From Rhodospirillales bacterium (lineage in GTDB: Bacteria > Pseudomonadota > Alphaproteobacteria > Rhodospirillales > Defluviicoccaceae), in the NCBI GenBank assembly GCA_046348775.1, contig JAXMDO010000004.1, positions 1,832 to 65,831 of the forward strand: 64,000 nucleotides of DNA, in the 5' to 3' direction. The notes under the pieces were generated by a model. That model was not told where the DNA came from, made no database searches, and saw only the letters and a list, made by a program, of their open reading frames with translations. Positions 32,532-43,541 of this stretch are shown piece after piece. Position numbers and translations under genes: made by a program. Within the stretch, counting starts at the first letter, position 1. The number at the start of each line of letters is the position of its first letter.

Positions 32532-33458
32532 ATGACGGAAATCACCGCCGGGATGGTCAAGGACCTGCGCGAGAAGACCGGCGCCGGAATGATGGATTGC
32601 AAAAAGGCGCTGACCGAGAGCGGCGGTGATATCGAGGCCGCCGTCGACTGGCTGCGCAAGAAGGGACTGGCGGCGGCGGCGAAGAAGGCCGGACGGGTCG
32701 CCGCCGAGGGGCTGATCGGGGTGGCGGTCGACGGCCGCCGCGGGGCGCTGGTCGAGGTCAATGCCGAGACCGATTTCGTTGCCCGCAATGCGGACTTCCA
32801 GGCGTTCGTTACCACCGTCGCCCGGCTGGCCTTGCAGGCGGACAGCGATGTGGAGCGGCTGCAGGGGCTTCCCTATCTGGGCAGCGAGCGGACCGTCGCC
32901 GAGGAACTGACCCACCTGATCGCCAAGATCGGTGAGAACATGGCGCTCCGGCGGACGGCGGTGGTCGCCGTCGGCGCGGGCGTCATCGGCGTCTACCTGC
33001 ACGAAAAGCAGGGCGAGGGGCTCGGCCGCATCGGCTGCCTCGTCGGCGTCGAGACCGAGGCGTCGGGACCGGCGATCGAGGGCCTGGCGAAGAAGCTCGC
33101 CATGCACGTGGCGGCGGCGGCACCGCAGGCGGTGTCCCGCGCCGACGTGGACCAGAAGGCGCTGGAGCGGGAGCGGGCGGTGCTCAGCGAACAGGCGCGG
33201 GCGACCGGCAAGCCGGAGGCGATCATCGCCAAGATGGTGGAAGGCCGTCTCTCCAAGTATTACGAGGACGTCTGCCTGTTGGAGCAGACGTGGGTCATCG
33301 ACGGCGAGAGCAAGGTGAAGGCCGTCGTCGAGGCGGTCGCCAAGGAGAGCGGCAAGCCGGTGACGGTGACCGGGTTCGTTCGCTTTGCCCGTGGCGAGGG
33401 CATCGAGAAGCGACAGGACGATTTCGCCGCCGAGGTGGCGAGCACCGCCGGTCGATGA
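32532..33458 (+). CDS. tsf: Elongation factor Ts
   Basis: [45 protein letters not shown], a UBA-like N-terminus followed by a dimerisation core. Confidence 0.95.
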   Translation: MTEITAGMVKDLREKTGAGMMDCKKALTESGGDIEAAVDWLRKKGLAAAAKKAGRVAAEGLIGVAVDGRRGALVEVNAETDFVARNADFQAFVTTVARLALQADSDVERLQGLPYLGSERTVAEELTHLIAKIGENMALRRTAVVAVGAGVIGVYLHEKQGEGLGRIGCLVGVETEASGPAIEGLAKKLAMHVAAAAPQAVSRADVDQKALERERAVLSEQARATGKPEAIIAKMVEGRLSKYYEDVCLLEQTWVIDGESKVKAVVEAVAKESGKPVTVTGFVRFARGEGIEKRQDDFAAEVASTAGR

Positions 33459-34171
33459 GCCAATCGCCGCGCTACCGCCGGGTTCTGCTCAAGCTCTCGG
33501 GCGAGGCGCTCGCCGGGGATCAGGCGGTCGGCTGGAATGCGCCGACCCTCGCCCGGATCGCCGACGAAATTGCCGCCGTGCGTCGCCTCGGCGTCGAGGT
33601 GGCGGTGGTGGTGGGCGGCGGCAACATCTTTCGCGGCGCCAGGAGCGTGGGCAACGGCCTCGATCGTGCCACCGCCGACTATATGGGCATGCTGGCGACG
33701 GTGATGAACGCGCTGGCGGTGGCGAGCGCGGTGGGGGCGACCGGTTTCTCTGCCCGCGTGCAGTCGGCGATTCCCATGGGACCGGTCTGCGAGGCCTACG
33801 ATCGCCGGCGGGCGTTGGCAGAGCTGGCGGCCGGGCACGTGGTCGTCTTCGGCGGCGGCACCGGCAATCCGTTCTTTACGACCGATACCGCCGCCGCGCT
33901 GCGTGCGGTCGAGATCGATGCCAACGTCTTGTGCAAGGGTACCCAGGTGGACGGCGTCTATTCGGCGGACCCGAAGGTGGACGCGTCTGCCGTTCGCTAC
34001 CAGCAGTTGACGCACCAGGAGGTGCTCGCCCGCGATTTGAAGGTGATGGATGCGGCGGCCATCGCCATCGCCCGCGAAAACGCGCTGCCGGTGATCGTCT
34101 TTTCCATGCACCAGCCGGGCTCATTTGCCGATATCGTCCACGGTGCCGGCACCTTTACCATCGTTTCCTGA
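33455..34171 (+). CDS. pyrH: UMP kinase
   Basis: The ATG at 33455 overlaps the tsf stop (ATGA). Sequence: [15 protein letters not shown]...[11 protein letters not shown]...[15 protein letters not shown]...[17 protein letters not shown]. Confidence 0.95.
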   Translation: MSQSPRYRRVLLKLSGEALAGDQAVGWNAPTLARIADEIAAVRRLGVEVAVVVGGGNIFRGARSVGNGLDRATADYMGMLATVMNALAVASAVGATGFSARVQSAIPMGPVCEAYDRRRALAELAAGHVVVFGGGTGNPFFTTDTAAALRAVEIDANVLCKGTQVDGVYSADPKVDASAVRYQQLTHQEVLARDLKVMDAAAIAIARENALPVIVFSMHQPGSFADIVHGAGTFTIVS

Positions 34172-34208
34172 CGAAGCGCGGGAGCGGGAGCAAGCGGGAG
34201 GAACGCGC

Positions 34209-34778
34209 GTGGCCAATGCCGAAATCGAAAAATTGAAGAAGGACGTGGTCCGGCGCATGGGCGCCGCCGTCGAGGTGTTGCAGAAGGAGCTGGGAGGCCT
34301 GCGGACCGGCCGCGCCTCCACCAGCCTGCTGGAGCCGCTCATCGTCCATGCCTACGGCGCCGACATGCCGATGACGCAGGTGGCGACCGTCAGCGCGCCC
34401 GAGCCGAGGATGCTGTCGGTGCAGGTCTGGGACCGCGGCCTGATCAAGGCGGTGGAGAAGGCGATCCAGGAATCCGGGCTGGGACTGAACCCGGTCGGCG
34501 AGGGTCAGGTGATCCGGGTGCCGATCCCGGCGCTGACCGAGGAACGTCGCCACGAGCTGGGGAAGGTGGCCGCCCGCTATGCCGAGGAGGCCCGCGTCGC
34601 CGTCCGCAATGTCCGCCGCCACGCCATGGAGGAACTGAAGAAGGCCGACAAGGATGGCAGCATTTCCCAGGACGAGCACCGCGACTATTCGAAGCAGGTG
34701 CAGGACATGACCGATCAGCACATCAAGCGGCTCGACGAGGTCCTCGCCAAAAAGGAAAGCGAGATTCTGCAGGTCTGA
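34209..34778 (+). CDS. frr: Ribosome recycling factor
   Basis: GTG at 34209, preceded by GGGAGGA. Sequence: [28 protein letters not shown]...[29 protein letters not shown]...[15 protein letters not shown]. Confidence 0.9.
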   Translation: MANAEIEKLKKDVVRRMGAAVEVLQKELGGLRTGRASTSLLEPLIVHAYGADMPMTQVATVSAPEPRMLSVQVWDRGLIKAVEKAIQESGLGLNPVGEGQVIRVPIPALTEERRHELGKVAARYAEEARVAVRNVRRHAMEELKKADKDGSISQDEHRDYSKQVQDMTDQHIKRLDEVLAKKESEILQV

Positions 34779-34783
34779 AGCCG

Positions 34784-35518
34784 ATGCAACCGCTCCCGAT
34801 GGCGCAGGAGAGGGTACCGCCGCCGGTTCACGTCGCCATCATCATGGACGGCAACGGCCGCTGGGCGACGTCGCGGGGGCTGCCGCGGACGGCGGGTCAC
34901 AAGCGGGGCGGCGAGGCGGTGAAGCGGACGGTGGAGAGCGCCGGCCGCATGGGTATCCGCTACCTGACCCTGTTCGGATTCTCGTCGGAGAACTGGAAGC
35001 GTCCGACCTCCGAGGTCTCGGACCTGATGGGTCTGCTCCGCTACTACCTTCGCAACGAGCTGCGCTTCCTGAAGGAAAATAACATCCGCCTGCGCGTCAT
35101 CGGCGATCGCTCGCGGCTGGATGCCGACATCGTCCGGCTGATCGGCCAAGCGGAAGAGGAGACCGGCGACAACACCCAGCTTACGGTGGTCGTCGCCCTC
35201 AGCTACGGCGGTCGCGCCGAGATCGTGCGCGCCAGCCGCCAACTGGCCGAACGGGTGCGCGACGGCGCGATGGCGGCGGCCGATATCGATGAGGCGACCT
35301 TCGCCGGCCATCTCTACACCGCCGATATTCCCGATCCCGACCTGCTGATTCGAACCAGCGGCGAGAAGCGGATCAGCAATTTCCTCCTCTGGCAGCTCGC
35401 CTATGCGGAGCTGATCTTCACCGACACCCTGTGGCCCGACTTTGCCAAGGAGGACCTGGAGCAGGCGGTCGCCGAATTCCACCGGCGCGAACGCCGCTAC
35501 GGCGCCGCCAGTGTCTGA
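34784..35518 (+). CDS. uppS: Undecaprenyl-diphosphate synthase (cis-prenyltransferase)
   Basis: HVAIIMDGNGRWA...LTLFGFSSENWKRP...DLLIRTSGEKRISNFLLWQLAYAEL. Confidence 0.9.
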   Translation: MQPLPMAQERVPPPVHVAIIMDGNGRWATSRGLPRTAGHKRGGEAVKRTVESAGRMGIRYLTLFGFSSENWKRPTSEVSDLMGLLRYYLRNELRFLKENNIRLRVIGDRSRLDADIVRLIGQAEEETGDNTQLTVVVALSYGGRAEIVRASRQLAERVRDGAMAAADIDEATFAGHLYTADIPDPDLLIRTSGEKRISNFLLWQLAYAELIFTDTLWPDFAKEDLEQAVAEFHRRERRYGAASV

Positions 35519-36317
35519 TCCGGTGGCCGCGCCGTCATCCCTGCGTTTGCGCGTCATCTCGGGACTGATTCTCGGCCCGCTCGTCCTTTTCATCGTCTGG
35601 ATCGGCGCCCCGGCCTTTCCGCTGCTGGTGACCGCCGCCCTGGCGATCCTGGCCTGGGAATGGTCACGGCTGTCGGACGCGACGCCGCCGCGGCCGGCGG
35701 GAGTGGTCCTCATCGCCGGTCTCGTCGCCGCGGCGGGCGTCGACACCGGCTATGGGCTCTGGCCGGGCGTCGGGCTGCTGGTGGTTACCGGTGTCGTCAT
35801 CTACTTCCTCGATCGTCGGCCATGGTTGGCGATGGGGAGCCTGTATCTGGGATTGCCCGGCCTGCTACTATTGGAGTTGCGGGCGGATGCGGACTGCGGG
35901 CGGATCACCCTGTTCTGGCTGCTCGCCATCGTCTGGGCGTCGGACATCGGCGCCTTCCTTGCCGGCAAGACCCTCGGCGGCCCGAAGCTGGCGCCGTCCA
36001 TCAGCCCCAACAAGACCTGGTCTGGGTTCGTCGGTGGCCTCGCGGCCGCCGCTCTCGCCGGGGGCGCCGTTGCGTCCCTCGCCTCGGGCTGGGCCGCCTG
36101 GCGCCTCGCCTTGGTGGCCGCCGGCGTCGGTCTGGCGACTCAAGCGGGCGATCTGGCCGAATCCTGGATGAAGCGGCGCTTCGGCGTCAAGGATACGGGC
36201 GGATTGATCCCCGGTCATGGTGGCCTTCTCGACCGGGTTGACGGCTTACTTGCGGCGACGTTGGTTACAGCGTTGATCGTCGCTTGGCTCGGCGGCAGTA
36301 TATGCACATGGCAATGA
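35511..36317 (+). CDS. cdsA: Phosphatidate cytidylyltransferase
   Basis: GTG at 35511. Membrane protein with the CdsA signature SPNKTWSGFVGG...GDLAESWMKRRFGVKDTGGLIPGHGGLLDRVD. Confidence 0.85.
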   Translation: MSDPVAAPSSLRLRVISGLILGPLVLFIVWIGAPAFPLLVTAALAILAWEWSRLSDATPPRPAGVVLIAGLVAAAGVDTGYGLWPGVGLLVVTGVVIYFLDRRPWLAMGSLYLGLPGLLLLELRADADCGRITLFWLLAIVWASDIGAFLAGKTLGGPKLAPSISPNKTWSGFVGGLAAAALAGGAVASLASGWAAWRLALVAAGVGLATQAGDLAESWMKRRFGVKDTGGLIPGHGGLLDRVDGLLAATLVTALIVAWLGGSICTWQ

Positions 36318-37519
36318 GAACCGCAGTGAAGCCGAAGCAGGACCGGCGCAGCGTCACCATCCTCGGGTCAACCGGGTCCGTCGGCGCCAATACCGTCGAG
36401 TTGATCGAACATTACTCGTCAGCTTTCGATGTCGTCGCCATCACCGCCAATCGAAATGTCGAACTTCTGGCCCGGCAAGCCCGCAAGCTCGGCGCTCGGC
36501 GCGCGGTGGTCGCCGACCCGGCGGGTTATCGGGCGCTGAAGGAGGCGTTGGCCGGCAGCGGTATCGAGGTCGCCGCCGGTGCCGATGCCATCATCGATGC
36601 GGCGAGCCTGCCGTCCGACTGGGTCATGGCGGCGATCGTCGGCGCCGCCGGCCTGGCGCCGACCATGGCCGCGATCCGCCGCGGCGCCGTCGTCGGTCTC
36701 GCCAACAAGGAGTGCCTGGTCTGCGCCGGCGATCTGATGATGGCGGAAATCACCCGCTGCGGCGCCAAGCTGGTGCCGGTCGATTCCGAGCACAGCGCCA
36801 TCTACCAGGTGTTCGATTTCGATCATGCGGACAAGGTCGAGCAGATCATCCTCACCGCCTCCGGCGGCCCGTTCCGCTCCTTTACGCGCGACCAGATGGT
36901 CGGGGTCACCCCGGCGCAGGCGGTCGCCCATCCCAACTGGGATATGGGGGCGAAAATCTCCGTCGACTCGGCGACGATGATGAACAAGGGGCTGGAGCTG
37001 ATCGAGGCGTACCACCTGTTTCCGGTGGAGGCCGGCCAGATCGAGATCGTCGTCCATCCCCAGTCGGTGATCCACAGTCTCGTCTCCTACGTGGACGGCT
37101 CCATCCTGGCTCAGCTCGGCCTTCCCGACATGAAGACACCGATTGCCTATGCGCTCGGCTGGCCGGATCGGCTGGGGGTGCCGGCGGCCCGCCTGCGTCT
37201 CACCGAAATCGCCCAGCTGACCTTCGAAGCGCCGGATGAGGTGCGATTCCCGGCTCTGCGCCTGGCGCGCGAGGCGCTGACGGCCAGGGGCTCGGCTCCC
37301 ATCGTCCTCAATGCCGCGAACGAAGTGGCCGTCGCCGGTTTTCTCAGCGGTGCCATCGGCTTTCTCGACATTCCGGCGGTGGTGGAAGCGACACTGGAGA
37401 GCGTGCCGGTGCAGCCGGTTGCCGACCTCGACGACGTCGTCCACATCGATGGCGAGGCGCGTCGCGCCGCCAACGAACATATGGCCGCTCCCCGTCCGGC
37501 CAGTGCCCGTTGCGCCTGA
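36314..37519 (+). CDS. dxr: 1-deoxy-D-xylulose-5-phosphate reductoisomerase
   Basis: The ATG at 36314 overlaps the cdsA stop. Sequence: VTILGSTGSVGANT...LANKECLV...PVDSEHSAIYQ...LTASGGPF...HPNWDMGAKISVDSATMMNKGLE. Confidence 0.9.
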   Translation: MRTAVKPKQDRRSVTILGSTGSVGANTVELIEHYSSAFDVVAITANRNVELLARQARKLGARRAVVADPAGYRALKEALAGSGIEVAAGADAIIDAASLPSDWVMAAIVGAAGLAPTMAAIRRGAVVGLANKECLVCAGDLMMAEITRCGAKLVPVDSEHSAIYQVFDFDHADKVEQIILTASGGPFRSFTRDQMVGVTPAQAVAHPNWDMGAKISVDSATMMNKGLELIEAYHLFPVEAGQIEIVVHPQSVIHSLVSYVDGSILAQLGLPDMKTPIAYALGWPDRLGVPAARLRLTEIAQLTFEAPDEVRFPALRLAREALTARGSAPIVLNAANEVAVAGFLSGAIGFLDIPAVVEATLESVPVQPVADLDDVVHIDGEARRAANEHMAAPRPASARCA

Positions 37520-37615
37520 GCGTGGCGCGAATCTCCGGCCAGACGGTCACCGCTGCCGGACGACGCTGCGGCTTATGAGAGGAGCGAACTGTTGGACGTG
37601 TGGCATTCCTGATCG

Positions 37616-38719
37616 ATGTTTGACTGGGTAATTCCGTTTCTTGTCGTGCTGACCGTGCTCGTTTTCGTGCACGAGCTCGGCCACTATCTGGTGGCGCGGC
37701 GCTGCGGCGTTCGCGTCGAAACCTTCTCCATCGGCTTCGGGCCGGAGCTTTTCGGCTGGAACGACCGCCATGGCACCCGCTGGAAGTTCAGCGCCGTCCC
37801 GCTCGGCGGCTACGTCAAGATGTTCGGGGAGATGGACTTCACCGAAGAGGAGGAGCGGCCGGCGCTGACCGAGGAGGAGCGCCGTGTCTCCTTCCACCAC
37901 AAGACACTGAAGCAGAAGTCGGCCATCGTCGCCGCCGGTCCCGCCGCCAACTTCCTGTTTGCCATCGTCGCTTTGCTCTGCGTGTTCACCTTTGTCGGCG
38001 AGCCGGCCCCGTTGCCGGTCGTCGGCACCGTACAGGCGGGCAGTGCCGCCGAGCAGGCCGGCATTCGCGTCGGTGATGAGGTCAAGGCGATCGATGACGA
38101 ACCGGTCGTCTGGTTCGAGGATATCCGCCGCATTGTCTCCCAACGGCCAAACGAACAGCTACGGATCGCCCTCGAGCGGGAGGGCGAATCGCTGGCGTTG
38201 ACGGCGACGCCGCACGCGAAAATGACTGGCAACGGCAAGACCGTCGGCTTGTTGGGGGTGACCCCCGATCTGAAGCGGGTCGGCTACAACACCTTGTCCC
38301 TGGGAGGCGCCGTCGGTGCCGCTTTCGAGCGCACCCTTGGTCTGACGATGCAGATCCTGGGGTCCTTGGGTGAGATCATCACCGGCGATCGCAGCGCCAA
38401 CGAACTCGGCGGACCGATCCGGATCGCCCAGATTTCGGGCGAAATCGCCAAGGACGGCCTGATCAACCTGGTTTTTTTCATGGCGGCGCTGTCGGTCAAC
38501 CTGGGGCTGATCAATCTGTTCCCGGTACCGATGCTGGATGGCGGCCACCTGATGTTCTATGGAATCGAGGCGATCCGCGGTAAACCCATCAGCCAGCGGG
38601 TCCTTGAGTATTGCTTCAGGTTCGGCATCGCCGTCGTCCTGCTGCTGATGGTCTTTGCCACCTGGAACGATATCGTTAATCTCAAAGTCATCGAGTTCTT
38701 CAAACAACTCGTCAGCTAA
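37616..38719 (+). CDS. rseP: Site-2 zinc metalloprotease RseP (M50 family, PDZ domain)
   Basis: An HELGH motif at the N-terminus, a PDZ region (GSAAEQAGIRVGDEV), and NLGLINLFPVPMLDGGH. Confidence 0.9.
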   Translation: MFDWVIPFLVVLTVLVFVHELGHYLVARRCGVRVETFSIGFGPELFGWNDRHGTRWKFSAVPLGGYVKMFGEMDFTEEEERPALTEEERRVSFHHKTLKQKSAIVAAGPAANFLFAIVALLCVFTFVGEPAPLPVVGTVQAGSAAEQAGIRVGDEVKAIDDEPVVWFEDIRRIVSQRPNEQLRIALEREGESLALTATPHAKMTGNGKTVGLLGVTPDLKRVGYNTLSLGGAVGAAFERTLGLTMQILGSLGEIITGDRSANELGGPIRIAQISGEIAKDGLINLVFFMAALSVNLGLINLFPVPMLDGGHLMFYGIEAIRGKPISQRVLEYCFRFGIAVVLLLMVFATWNDIVNLKVIEFFKQLVS

Positions 38720-38742
38720 TCACCAATCTATGGGGAGGGGGC

Positions 38743-41037
38743 GTGGTACTGCCGTCGTTGCTGCGCGCAAACCTGTGTCGCCAGGTCGTGCTGGTCGTGT
38801 GTCTGATGTTCACGCTCATCGGCTCGGCGGCGGCGCAGTCGACCATCCGCGAAATCGATGTGGTCGGTGTGCAGCGAACGGAAGCGAGCACCGTCAAGTC
38901 CTATCTCCTAGTGCAGCCGGGGGATCCCTTCGACGATGCACGGATCGACCGATCGCTGAAAAGCCTGTTCGCCACCGGGCTGTTCGCCGATGTGTCGATC
39001 AATCGCGACGGGGACCGGCTGGTCGTCACCGTCGTCGAGAACCCGATCGTCAATCGGGTCGCCTTCGAGGGCAACCGGAAGATCGACGACAAGACGCTGG
39101 AAGCGGAGGTGGCACTCAAGCCGCGCAGCATCTTCACCCGTGCCAAGGTGCAGAGCGACGTCACCCGCATCCTCACCCTCTATCGTCGTGGCGGGCGATT
39201 TGCGGCGACGGTCGATCCGAAGATCGTCGAACTGCCGCAGAACCGGGTCGATGTGATCTTCGAGATTCAGGAAGGTGACGTCACCTCCGTCGAGACCATT
39301 CACTTCATCGGCAACGAGAATTTCTCCGACTCGGAGCTACGCGGCGTCATCCGGACAAAGGAGACGGCGTGGTGGCGGTTCCTTTCGTCGGACGATACCT
39401 ACGATCCGGACCGCCTGGCGCTGGATCGCGAACTGCTCCGCCGTTTCTACCTGTCCAACGGCTACGTGGATTTTCGCGTCGTCTCCGCCGTCGCCGAACT
39501 GGCGCCCGACCGCTCGGGCTTCGTTCTCACCTTCACCGTCGATGAAGGCGAGCGCTACAAGGTGGGCACGGTCAATGTGACCACCACCTTGCGCGGCCTC
39601 GATCCGGAGACGGTGGCCGATGCCGTGCGGCTGGAGGAGGGCGACTGGTACGACGCCGACCTGGTGGAGAAATCCATCGAGAGGCTGACCGAGGCGGTCG
39701 GCACCGAGGGCTTCGCCTTCGTGGAGGTGCGACCGCGGCTGGAGCGCAACAAAGAGAAGAAGACCCTCAACATCACCTTCGAGATCAACGAAGGGCCACG
39801 GGTGTTCGTCGAGCGGATCGACATCACCGGTAACATCCGCACCATGGACAAGGTCATCCGCCGGGAGTTCCGGCTGGTGGAGGGCGATGCCTTCGACGCC
39901 GCCAAGCTCCGGCGGTCCCGCCAGCGCATCCAGGACCTGGACTTCTTTGAAAAGGTGAACGTCGAGCAGGTTCCCGGCAGTGCTCCCGATCGTGCCGTCG
40001 TCAAGGTCAACGTAGAGGAGAAATCAACCGGCTCGCTGTCAGTGGGTGCCGGTTTCTCCACCGGTGCCGGCGTTCTTGGCGACTTGAGCGTGCGGGAGCG
40101 CAACTTCCTCGGCCGCGGGCAGGACGTTCTGCTGTCGTTGCTCCTCGGCACCCAACGTAAGCAGGCCGAGCTGTCTTTCACCGAGCCGTACTTCCTCGAC
40201 CGTGAGGTCGCCGCCGGCTTCGATGTCTTCTACACCGAGACCGATCGGCAGTCGGAGAGCTCGTTCGATACCCGCACCTTTGGCGGCGACCTGCGTGTGG
40301 GCTATCCATGGACCGAGCACCTGACCCAGTCCTGGAAGTACACGCTGAAGCAGTCCGAAATCTTCAATGTGCCCAGTGATGCGTCGGTTTACGTCGCCGA
40401 GGCCGAGGGCACCGAGGTGTACTCGGAACTGTCTCATATCCTGACCTATGACCGGCGCAACAGTAAGATCGACCCGCGTTCCGGCTACCTCGGCCGCCTG
40501 GTCACCGATGTCGCCGGTCTCGGCGGCACCGTCGCCTATCTGCGCAATCGCGGCCAGGCCGAGTACTACTATCCGCTCACCGACGACGTGGTGCTGTCCG
40601 TCATCGGCCAAGCCGGAACCATTGTTGGCCTTGGTGAAAGCGTCAATCTGCTGGATCGCTTCTTCATCGGCGGCAACGAGGTGCGCGGTTTCAAGGTCGA
40701 CGGTCTGGGTCCCCGCGACGCGACCACCCGTGATTCCCTCGGTGGCCAGTACTTTTATTCCGGATCGCTGCAGCTCAGCTTCCCGCTGGGGTTGCCGGAA
40801 GAGCTGCAGATCCGCGGCCGGGTTTTCAACGACGTGGGCAGCTCGTGGCACTTGCACGAAAACGAGGTTGCCTCCAATCCGATCGACGACTCCTCGGCGC
40901 TGCGCTCGTCCGCGGGCTTCGGCTTCACCTGGGTATCGCCGTTCGGCCCGCTCGGGATCGACATCGGCTATCCCTATATCAAAGAGAGTTTTGACCGGAC
41001 TGAGTGGTTTCGCCTGAACTTCGGGACGCGGTTCTAG
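38743..41037 (+). CDS. bamA: Outer-membrane protein assembly factor BamA
   Basis: 764 aa. Signal peptide, POTRA repeats (IREIDVVGVQRTE..., VNRVAFEGNRKI...) and a C-terminal beta-barrel ending RLNFGTRF. Confidence 0.95.
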   Translation: MVLPSLLRANLCRQVVLVVCLMFTLIGSAAAQSTIREIDVVGVQRTEASTVKSYLLVQPGDPFDDARIDRSLKSLFATGLFADVSINRDGDRLVVTVVENPIVNRVAFEGNRKIDDKTLEAEVALKPRSIFTRAKVQSDVTRILTLYRRGGRFAATVDPKIVELPQNRVDVIFEIQEGDVTSVETIHFIGNENFSDSELRGVIRTKETAWWRFLSSDDTYDPDRLALDRELLRRFYLSNGYVDFRVVSAVAELAPDRSGFVLTFTVDEGERYKVGTVNVTTTLRGLDPETVADAVRLEEGDWYDADLVEKSIERLTEAVGTEGFAFVEVRPRLERNKEKKTLNITFEINEGPRVFVERIDITGNIRTMDKVIRREFRLVEGDAFDAAKLRRSRQRIQDLDFFEKVNVEQVPGSAPDRAVVKVNVEEKSTGSLSVGAGFSTGAGVLGDLSVRERNFLGRGQDVLLSLLLGTQRKQAELSFTEPYFLDREVAAGFDVFYTETDRQSESSFDTRTFGGDLRVGYPWTEHLTQSWKYTLKQSEIFNVPSDASVYVAEAEGTEVYSELSHILTYDRRNSKIDPRSGYLGRLVTDVAGLGGTVAYLRNRGQAEYYYPLTDDVVLSVIGQAGTIVGLGESVNLLDRFFIGGNEVRGFKVDGLGPRDATTRDSLGGQYFYSGSLQLSFPLGLPEELQIRGRVFNDVGSSWHLHENEVASNPIDDSSALRSSAGFGFTWVSPFGPLGIDIGYPYIKESFDRTEWFRLNFGTRF

Positions 41038-41616
41038 ATGGGCCGACGGCCCGGCCTGAGGGGGATGGCGAGGGGTGTCGTTGCGCTTGCGGTGCTGGTC
41101 CTCGCCGGGGAAGCCGTGGTGCCGGCGAAGGCGGCCGATGCGGCGGAGATGCGGATTGCGGTTCTCGACGTCGAGCGGGTCCGGCGCAGCGCTCAGGCGG
41201 TGAAGACCATCCACGCCCAGCTGGGAACCTTTGTCGATGCCTATCGCAACGAGACCCAGAAGGAGGAACAGGAGATCCGCACGGCGCAGGAGGAACTGGC
41301 CCGCAAACGGCTGATCGTCACCCCGGAAGCCTATGCGGACGAGCGCCGAAAGCTGGAGGAACAGCTGATCCAGGCCCAGACAAGGGTGCAGGAGCGTCGC
41401 CAATCACTGGAGCGGGTGAACGCGGAGGCCATGCAGCAGGTGCAAGACGTCCTCAGCCGGATCGTCGGCGATGTTGCGAATGAACAGCAGCTCACCTTGA
41501 TCCTGCGCAAGGATCAGGTGGTTTTTCTCAAACCGGATCTGGAGATCACCGATCAGGTCTTGCAGCGACTGGACCGCCAGCTGCCGAGTGTGAGCATCAG
41601 CAATCCCGGTCGCTGA
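41038..41616 (+). CDS. skp: OmpH/Skp-family periplasmic chaperone
   Basis: 192 aa. Signal peptide followed by a long charged coiled-coil (QKEEQEIRTAQEELARKR...). It occupies the canonical position after bamA. Confidence 0.8.
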   Translation: MGRRPGLRGMARGVVALAVLVLAGEAVVPAKAADAAEMRIAVLDVERVRRSAQAVKTIHAQLGTFVDAYRNETQKEEQEIRTAQEELARKRLIVTPEAYADERRKLEEQLIQAQTRVQERRQSLERVNAEAMQQVQDVLSRIVGDVANEQQLTLILRKDQVVFLKPDLEITDQVLQRLDRQLPSVSISNPGR

Positions 41617-41755
41617 CGACGCCCGTCTGACAGCGCCGTTCCGACACCGGCGTCCCCATCTTGGCCGTCCCCGGCAAGCGCCCATCGCCCCTCGCTGGAA
41701 CCGCGGGGAGCGTCGCCCCGTTTCCTGCTCACGAGGCCACCCGAAAGGATCCCCC

Positions 41756-42298
41756 ATGCGACATTTGCGGACGTTCGTTCCCGTCATTGCCCTTGGGCTC
41801 GCCGTCGGTGGGTTCGGTGCCGCGGCGTCGGCCGACGAGGTAAATGTTCCCATGTCGCTGATCGCCGCCGACGGCACACAGACGCCGATCGGCGAAATTC
41901 GGGCCGTCGATACCCCGGCCGGCCTCGTTCTCGAGCCGAGCCTCTCGGGGCTGCCGGCGGGTGAGCGCGGCTTCCATCTGCACGAGCATGGCGATTGCGC
42001 CCCGCAGGACAAGGACGACAAGCACGTGGCCGGCCTGGCCGCCGGCGGCCATTGGGACCCCGATGCCACCGGCCAGCATCTGGGACCGCAAGGTGCTGGC
42101 CATCGCGGCGATCTGCCCGTCCTCGTCGTCGGTGCCGACGGCAAGGCGACGACGCCGACGCCGCCGGCGCCGCGCCTGCAGGTGGCCGACCTGCACGGTC
42201 GTGCGCTGATGATCCATGCCGGCGGCGACAATTATGCGGACACCCCGCAGCCGCTCGGCGGTGGTGGCGGGCGGATCGCCTGTGGCGTCGTTCCCTGA
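41756..42298 (+). CDS. sodC: Periplasmic Cu/Zn superoxide dismutase
   Basis: Signal peptide, then GFHLHEHGDC...AGGHWDP...GHRGDLP...ALMIHAGGDNYADTPQPLGGGGGRIACGVV. Confidence 0.9.
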   Translation: MRHLRTFVPVIALGLAVGGFGAAASADEVNVPMSLIAADGTQTPIGEIRAVDTPAGLVLEPSLSGLPAGERGFHLHEHGDCAPQDKDDKHVAGLAAGGHWDPDATGQHLGPQGAGHRGDLPVLVVGADGKATTPTPPAPRLQVADLHGRALMIHAGGDNYADTPQPLGGGGGRIACGVVP

Positions 42299-42538
42299 GG
42301 GGAGCAGGAGCCTTGCGGCGTCGAACACCACGCTGCGACGGCCCATAATCGTTTACATCACCCGGTAGTATGATAAAGACCGCGAGCGGCGATCCCGGTC
42401 GGGGCCACCTGCGCAGGCGGCGCCGTACGAGTGCTTACGCTGAACGCCGAGGGCGGAGGGGCGGCACGGCTGCCCGCTCCCCGCACGACTAACGCCGGCT
42501 CCGTCCTGTCGCTGGGGCGGAGACCAGGGAAGAAAGCG

Positions 42539-43021
42539 ATGGAAGAAGAAGGTCACGAGACCATGGATACGGAGGCGCCAACGGTCGGTGAAACCCTCAC
42601 CATAGACCGTATCCAGGAAATGATTCCGCACCGTTATCCGATGCTGATGATCGATCGCGTCGTTGATGTGGTGCGCGGCGAGCGGGCGACCGGGATCAAG
42701 AACGTCACCATCAATGAGTTCTATTTCCAGGGCCATTTCCCCGCCGAGCCGGTGATGCCGGGGGTACTGATCATCGAGGCGATGGCGCAGACGGCGGCGG
42801 TGCTGGTGGTCGCCACCCTTGGCGCCGAAAAGGAAGGCCGTCTCGTCTATTTCATGACCATCGACGAGGCGCGCTTTCGCAAGCCGGTCGTTCCCGGCGA
42901 CACCGTGTTCATCCATGTGGTCAAGCAGCAGCGGCGGACGAGCGTCTGGAAGTTCCGGGCGGAGGCGAAGGTGCAGGACGTGCTGGTTGCCGAGGCCACC
43001 TACGCGGCGATGATCCGCTAG
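42539..43021 (+). CDS. fabZ: 3-hydroxyacyl-ACP dehydratase FabZ
   Basis: IQEMIPHRYPMLMIDRVVDV...GIKNVTINEFYFQGHFPAEPVMPGVLIIEAMAQ. The start is either ATG 42539 or ATG 42563. Confidence 0.9.
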   Translation: MEEEGHETMDTEAPTVGETLTIDRIQEMIPHRYPMLMIDRVVDVVRGERATGIKNVTINEFYFQGHFPAEPVMPGVLIIEAMAQTAAVLVVATLGAEKEGRLVYFMTIDEARFRKPVVPGDTVFIHVVKQQRRTSVWKFRAEAKVQDVLVAEATYAAMIR

Positions 43022-43051
43022 ACCGCCGGCGGCGCAGGGCGTGCGGATCTG

Positions 43052-43450
43052 ATGACGATCGGAATTATTGCAGCGGGCGGTGACGAACCGCAGCGGGTGA
43101 TCGATGCCTGCCGGATGCGCGGCCTCGCTATCTTTGTCGTCGCGCTGGAAGGGGTCGCCGATCCGGCGGTGGTCGGGGAGAGCCCCCACGTCTGGGTGCG
43201 ATTGGGCGCCGGCGGTCAGATGCTGAAGGCCTTGCGCAAGGCCGGAGTGAGCGAGATCGCGTTCTGCGGTCGGATCAAGAATTTCTCCCTAGCAAGCCTG
43301 CGGCCGGACCTGTGGACGATCAAGTTCATCGCCCGCCACGGCACCGGCCTCCTCCAGGACGAAGCCAAGCTGACGGCCGCTCTCGTCCACGACATCGAGC
43401 GGAGCGAGGGCTTCCGCGTCGTTGATGCGAAGACGCTGCTGACGGCGTGA
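43052..43450 (+). pseudogene. LpxI (UDP-2,3-diacylglucosamine pyrophosphatase) N-terminal-domain-only ORF, probably a truncated remnant
   Basis: The 132-aa sequence MTIGIIAAGGDEPQRVIDACRMRGLAIFVVALEGVADPAVVGESPHVWVRLGAGGQMLKALRKAGVSEIAFCGRIK...FRVVDAKTLL matches my memory of the N-terminal half of LpxI, which is roughly 270-290 aa. No C-terminal catalytic domain follows in any frame before the next gene at 43542. Confidence 0.5.
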
Positions 43451-43541
43451 GAAGAGCTTCCGCCCGCGCGAAGCGGCTAGGCAAAGCCGATCGGAATTGC
43501 TATCGGAAGCACTAACGAAAATCAGATCGGCGAACGCACCG

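Noticed and set aside
42299-42538. Possible lpxD relic in the sodC-fabZ spacer
   Set aside because: - Reading the three forward frames by eye showed no hexapeptide-repeat (LbH) pattern or other LpxD-like sequence.
- I cannot exclude a highly degraded relic without a translated search, so it is mentioned only as a check under the lpx finding.
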